DNA of 64,000 nucleotides from Candidatus Bilamarchaeum sp. (GTDB lineage Archaea; Micrarchaeota; Micrarchaeia; Anstonellales; Bilamarchaeaceae): NCBI GenBank assembly GCA_035455205.1, contig DATIFM010000015.1, positions 1,986 to 65,985 of the forward strand, read 5' to 3'. Shown piece by piece: positions 60,999 to 64,000 of this stretch (position 1 is its first letter; each line of letters starts with the position of its first letter). The notes under the pieces were generated by a model. It saw only the letters and a program-made list of their open reading frames with translations, ran no database searches and was not told where the DNA came from. The position numbers and the translations under genes were made by a program.

Positions 60999-63388
60999 CC
61001 GCTCACCTCGCCCTTTGCCGGGCAGTACCAGAACCCGAGGTCGTTCACGCAGCGGTCGGGCTTGTAGCTGCAGTGGTTGACATCCGCCCCGTCCTTTTTC
61101 CAGCCCCATCCGCCGCCAGTGAAGAACTCCCCTCCGCGGTTCCCTACCGTATCTATGAACGAGTATTTCGAGTCTCCCGGCAGCCACACGAGGTTGTAGA
61201 CGTGGCCCGGGGCCTCCATCGCGAAAATCTCGTTTTTCTTATATCCGGTCTTCCGGAGCGCAGTAGTCACCGTGAGCCCGTAGTCGACGCACGTGCCGGT
61301 GTTCAGCACGCCCACGGAGGAGTGCGTCGGCACCGTCACCATCGCGATATTGTTTCCCTTGGGGTCCGTGTCGCTCGTGTACCATCCGTCCTTGGGCACC
61401 TTGTAATTGTCGCCGAAAAGCGGCTTGACGAGCGTGTAATAGCACCGCAGCTCGCTGAACCGGACGTTGCTCCTCGGCCATGGGCTCGCCACGAAGCGGG
61501 GGTTGTCGCCGCAGGCCCCGTTGTCCTTGCAGCAGGCCTCGGCCTTGAAATAGTCCTTCATGTAGATGGCCTGCGAGCCTATGCCGTAGACAAGGTAGGC
61601 GGTCTTGCAGGCCTTCATGCTTTGTTCCGGACTGAGGTGCGACATGGGCTTTTTCATCCGCGTCGTGTTGATCGCGATGTCGCAGGCCCGGGACTTGTCG
61701 TATCCGTAATCGGCCTCTCCCGGGTAATCCGAGAAGGCATATTCGCCGTTGCAGCAGCTCTCTGCGTCTGCCACCATGTAGTCAAGGCTCTCATCGCAGA
61801 CTTCGACCGCATGGCATGCGCCGAACTCCTGGTTGTAGTCTATCGTGGCGCCGCCGTCGTTCGGCCACTTGTCCGAGCAGGTAGTGTCTGGCGGGTAGTA
61901 TTTTGCCGAAGTCGCTTTGCACGCCGTCTTTCCGCCCACCGTGATGTCCTTGGATACAGTCCTGCCTTTCCCGAAGCTGTCTTTCACGCTCAGTGTGACC
62001 GTATGCGTGCCAGGGTCGGCGAACGTGATGCTCACGATGCTGTTGGAGCCGAAAGAATCCGGTATGAACGACTTGGCGTCCCCGCCGAACTTCGGCGCCA
62101 GGGTTTTCGTTACCCCTTCGTCGTCCCACTCGAGGAGCGCGTCGGTTATCTTCCCGCCGGTGTTCATGCTCATGGCGCTGATGGTCAGTGTAAGGCTGCT
62201 CCCGTGGTCGAGGAAGGTAGTGGAGGGGAAAAGCTCCGCGTAGGGGTCGTACAGCGTCTTTGTGGTGTTGAAGTAATAGGACGACGAGTTCGCGCAGAGG
62301 TCCGCGCAGCTCGAGACGAAATATTCGTAGGCCGTTTTCGGCTGGAGGGAAAAGAGGTTCATCGAGTGGTTCTTCTTAACGACCAGCGTCAGGAGGGTGC
62401 CGCTTATCCTGTCCGCGATTCCGCCGCTTATGACAGAGTCCCCTATCGTGGAAAGCGCTGGCGAGAGAGAGGCGGAGCCCTTTGCAGCCGTATGCTCTAT
62501 TGATGTATCTGTAACGGGGGGGATGTCGTAATATTTGTGGATTGTGACGTCGTCGTATTTCCCGGCGGGGGGAACCTGCTGCCATTCGGTTGCCCCGGCC
62601 TTCCGGTAGTACACTTTCGAGTCGGAATCAATATCGGTCTTCCAGATTATCCGGGCAGAGTCGTTTGTTATGTCCACGGCCTTCACGCTGCTTATCACCG
62701 GAATGGCCGCCCCGGTGCGGAAAACGCGCTCCTCGCTGACGCAATCAAGGTCGCAGGACACTATCGAGAGGGTGTACTCGGTGTTCGATTTCAGGCCGGA
62801 CAGCGAAAGCGAGTGCGCAGTCGTTTTTTCCCTGCTGCCTGCGCTCTTGACGGGAGTCAGGAACGAGGTGCCGTAAAGGTCAATCGTCCCGTTCGCCGGA
62901 AGGTTCGTCTCCCAGTACGCGCTTACTTCGGTTTCGCCGGGCGAGACGGCGAGTGTAGTTATCTTTAGGGTTTCGGGAACGAAGGTGGACGAGGATATCT
63001 TGGCCCTCGCATAAGGATGCGGCTGCTGGTTGGCGTCAAGCTCATAGCCCATGGACAGCACCTTGACGGTGACGTTCCGTTTCCCGTCCGATATGCCCGC
63101 AGTGTAGCTTTCGCCCTCTTCGAGCGAGGGGGATGCCACGCCGTCCCCTCCGTGCCCTATGTCGAAATCCGCCTTATCCACTATCGGCTGCTGGCTGCTG
63201 TCGAAGCCCTCGTGGAGGCCTGAAAGCGTGATGTCGAACCCGTTGTCCGAGCGGACGGAATCCCCTTCGAAAAGCTTGTAGGTGCCATCGCCGCTGTGGG
63301 TGGAGGCAAATGAAAGGGAAGCGAGCATCAGGATGAGAAAGGCCTTCCGCATGCAGGGTTCGGGGCGCTTAGAATTAATAAAATGCAT
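60992..63388 (-). CDS. Large secreted protein: two FN3-like domains, a PKD-like domain, a Cys-rich region and a C-terminal transglutaminase-like Cys-His-Asp core
   Basis: Signal MRKAFLILMLASLSFAS. FN3-like: AYWETNLPANGTIDLYG...LKSNTEYTLSI and ARIIWKTDIDSDSKVYYRK...LQPKTAYEYFV. PKD-like: GTHTVTLSVKDSFGKG. Transglutaminase-like: GTCVDYGLTVTTALRKTGY...APGHVYNLVWL...SFIDT. Confidence 0.8.
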   Translation of the reverse strand: MHFINSKRPEPCMRKAFLILMLASLSFASTHSGDGTYKLFEGDSVRSDNGFDITLSGLHEGFDSSQQPIVDKADFDIGHGGDGVASPSLEEGESYTAGISDGKRNVTVKVLSMGYELDANQQPHPYARAKISSSTFVPETLKITTLAVSPGETEVSAYWETNLPANGTIDLYGTSFLTPVKSAGSREKTTAHSLSLSGLKSNTEYTLSIVSCDLDCVSEERVFRTGAAIPVISSVKAVDITNDSARIIWKTDIDSDSKVYYRKAGATEWQQVPPAGKYDDVTIHKYYDIPPVTDTSIEHTAAKGSASLSPALSTIGDSVISGGIADRISGTLLTLVVKKNHSMNLFSLQPKTAYEYFVSSCADLCANSSSYYFNTTKTLYDPYAELFPSTTFLDHGSSLTLTISAMSMNTGGKITDALLEWDDEGVTKTLAPKFGGDAKSFIPDSFGSNSIVSITFADPGTHTVTLSVKDSFGKGRTVSKDITVGGKTACKATSAKYYPPDTTCSDKWPNDGGATIDYNQEFGACHAVEVCDESLDYMVADAESCCNGEYAFSDYPGEADYGYDKSRACDIAINTTRMKKPMSHLSPEQSMKACKTAYLVYGIGSQAIYMKDYFKAEACCKDNGACGDNPRFVASPWPRSNVRFSELRCYYTLVKPLFGDNYKVPKDGWYTSDTDPKGNNIAMVTVPTHSSVGVLNTGTCVDYGLTVTTALRKTGYKKNEIFAMEAPGHVYNLVWLPGDSKYSFIDTVGNRGGEFFTGGGWGWKKDGADVNHCSYKPDRCVNDLGFWYCPAKGEVSGC

Positions 63389-63930
63389 CACTCGTGATTC
63401 CGCTCAAGGACTGCCATCGCCGCGCGCTTGACGGACTCGTAGGGCGTCTTCCTCACGATGCTCTCGATGTCCTTCCTCATCGGGCCGATGACGCTCGAGT
63501 CGAGGTTCTCGAGGGCATCGAGGAGCTCCTGCTCCTTCGGGCCCCTCTCGGGGTTCGAGACGTGCGTCTTGAGGAGAAGGATTGACTTTGCGTTCACGAG
63601 CTTTGCGACGTTGGTTTTCACGTCCTCGTCCTCCTCGCCCCCGTTCTTGAATATCTCCGTTGCCATCGCGTCTATTGCCCTTTTGTTGCCGTCCAGCACC
63701 ATCCGCATCGTCCGGATGTGCTTGCGGGCGTCATCGTCGAACTCGATTTTGGGCTTTGCGACATCGCCGATTCCGAGGATGGCCCTCGCGGTCTGCCTCG
63801 CTTCCGGGAGCAGGCAGTCTGCCGTCAGGGCTGTTTCGTGCATCATGAGATAGCGGAACTCGTGGCGCATGTCTTCAAGAAGGGTTCTGACCTCGCCCGT
63901 GTTATTTCTCGCAAGTCGCCTGCCCGCCAT
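63388..63930 (-). CDS. Hypothetical helical protein (HEAT-like)
   Basis: 180 aa with a 1-nt TGATG overlap with the downstream secreted-protein gene. It ends ...TPYESVKRAAMAVLERNHE, resembling the end of 33203..33655. Confidence 0.55.
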   Translation of the reverse strand: MAGRRLARNNTGEVRTLLEDMRHEFRYLMMHETALTADCLLPEARQTARAILGIGDVAKPKIEFDDDARKHIRTMRMVLDGNKRAIDAMATEIFKNGGEEDEDVKTNVAKLVNAKSILLLKTHVSNPERGPKEQELLDALENLDSSVIGPMRKDIESIVRKTPYESVKRAAMAVLERNHE

Positions 63931-64000
63931 AGATAATGTTTCTGAAAAAGGGTTTTTATTGGTTTTGAGCAGCCTGCAAACCCCGGCGGGTTTGCACTGA

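Noticed and set aside
1-64000. A search by eye for rRNA, tRNA, CRISPR repeats, transposases, integrases and long terminal or direct nucleotide repeats.
   Set aside because: I saw no tRNA-like GTTCGAATC/T-arm contexts outside CDS, no regularly spaced repeats and no transposase or integrase motifs. I cannot exclude small ncRNAs without covariance-model scans (tRNAscan-SE, Infernal).

Overview
This window is a GC-rich, very gene-dense chromosomal segment of about 80 CDS. G/C dominates third codon positions. It looks archaeal: family-B DNA polymerase, a RadB-like protein, form III RuBisCO, an archaeal-type RNase J, NOL1/NOP2/Sun plus a PUA protein, AT-rich TATA-like boxes 25-30 nt before many start codons, and frequent AGG/ATA codons. 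I saw no rRNA, tRNA, CRISPR array, transposase or integrase.

Recognisable housekeeping genes:
- A SUF Fe-S cluster locus, with sufU-sufS-sufC divergent from sufB. sufD is displaced by a 2-kb insertion of unknown genes.
- rbcL (form III), msrA, a Glu/Leu/Phe/Val dehydrogenase, an LLM oxidoreductase, Nudix, HAD, two VOC proteins, two alpha/beta hydrolases, PP2C, TspO, and a VapBC-like pair.

The remainder is small secreted Cys-rich proteins and lipoproteins, zinc-ribbon proteins, HEAT-repeat proteins and several window-internal paralog families.

The stand-out is a 10.6-kb ORF (46559..57169, 3,536 aa). It has a helical N-terminal two-thirds, central glycine-zipper membrane segments, Pro-rich linkers and a C-terminal domain with PI3K/PI4K-like kinase motifs. 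A small helical ORF precedes and overlaps it. The same two-gene cassette (homologous small helical ORF, same SD context, similar M..KQ.QA N-terminus) recurs at 6322..7667, where the cargo is a gluzincin-type HExxH peptidase-like protein. I read this as a candidate adaptor-plus-polymorphic-cargo (effector-like) system.

Other notable points:
- A P-loop-less RadB-like gene overlaps an exonuclease-degenerate PolB (motif C is YGYVDS).
- Three translationally coupled methyltransferase-like paralogs lie upstream of an RNA m5C methyltransferase.
- A zinc-ribbon gene is coupled to RuBisCO.

All family calls come from reading motifs by eye. No database search was possible.
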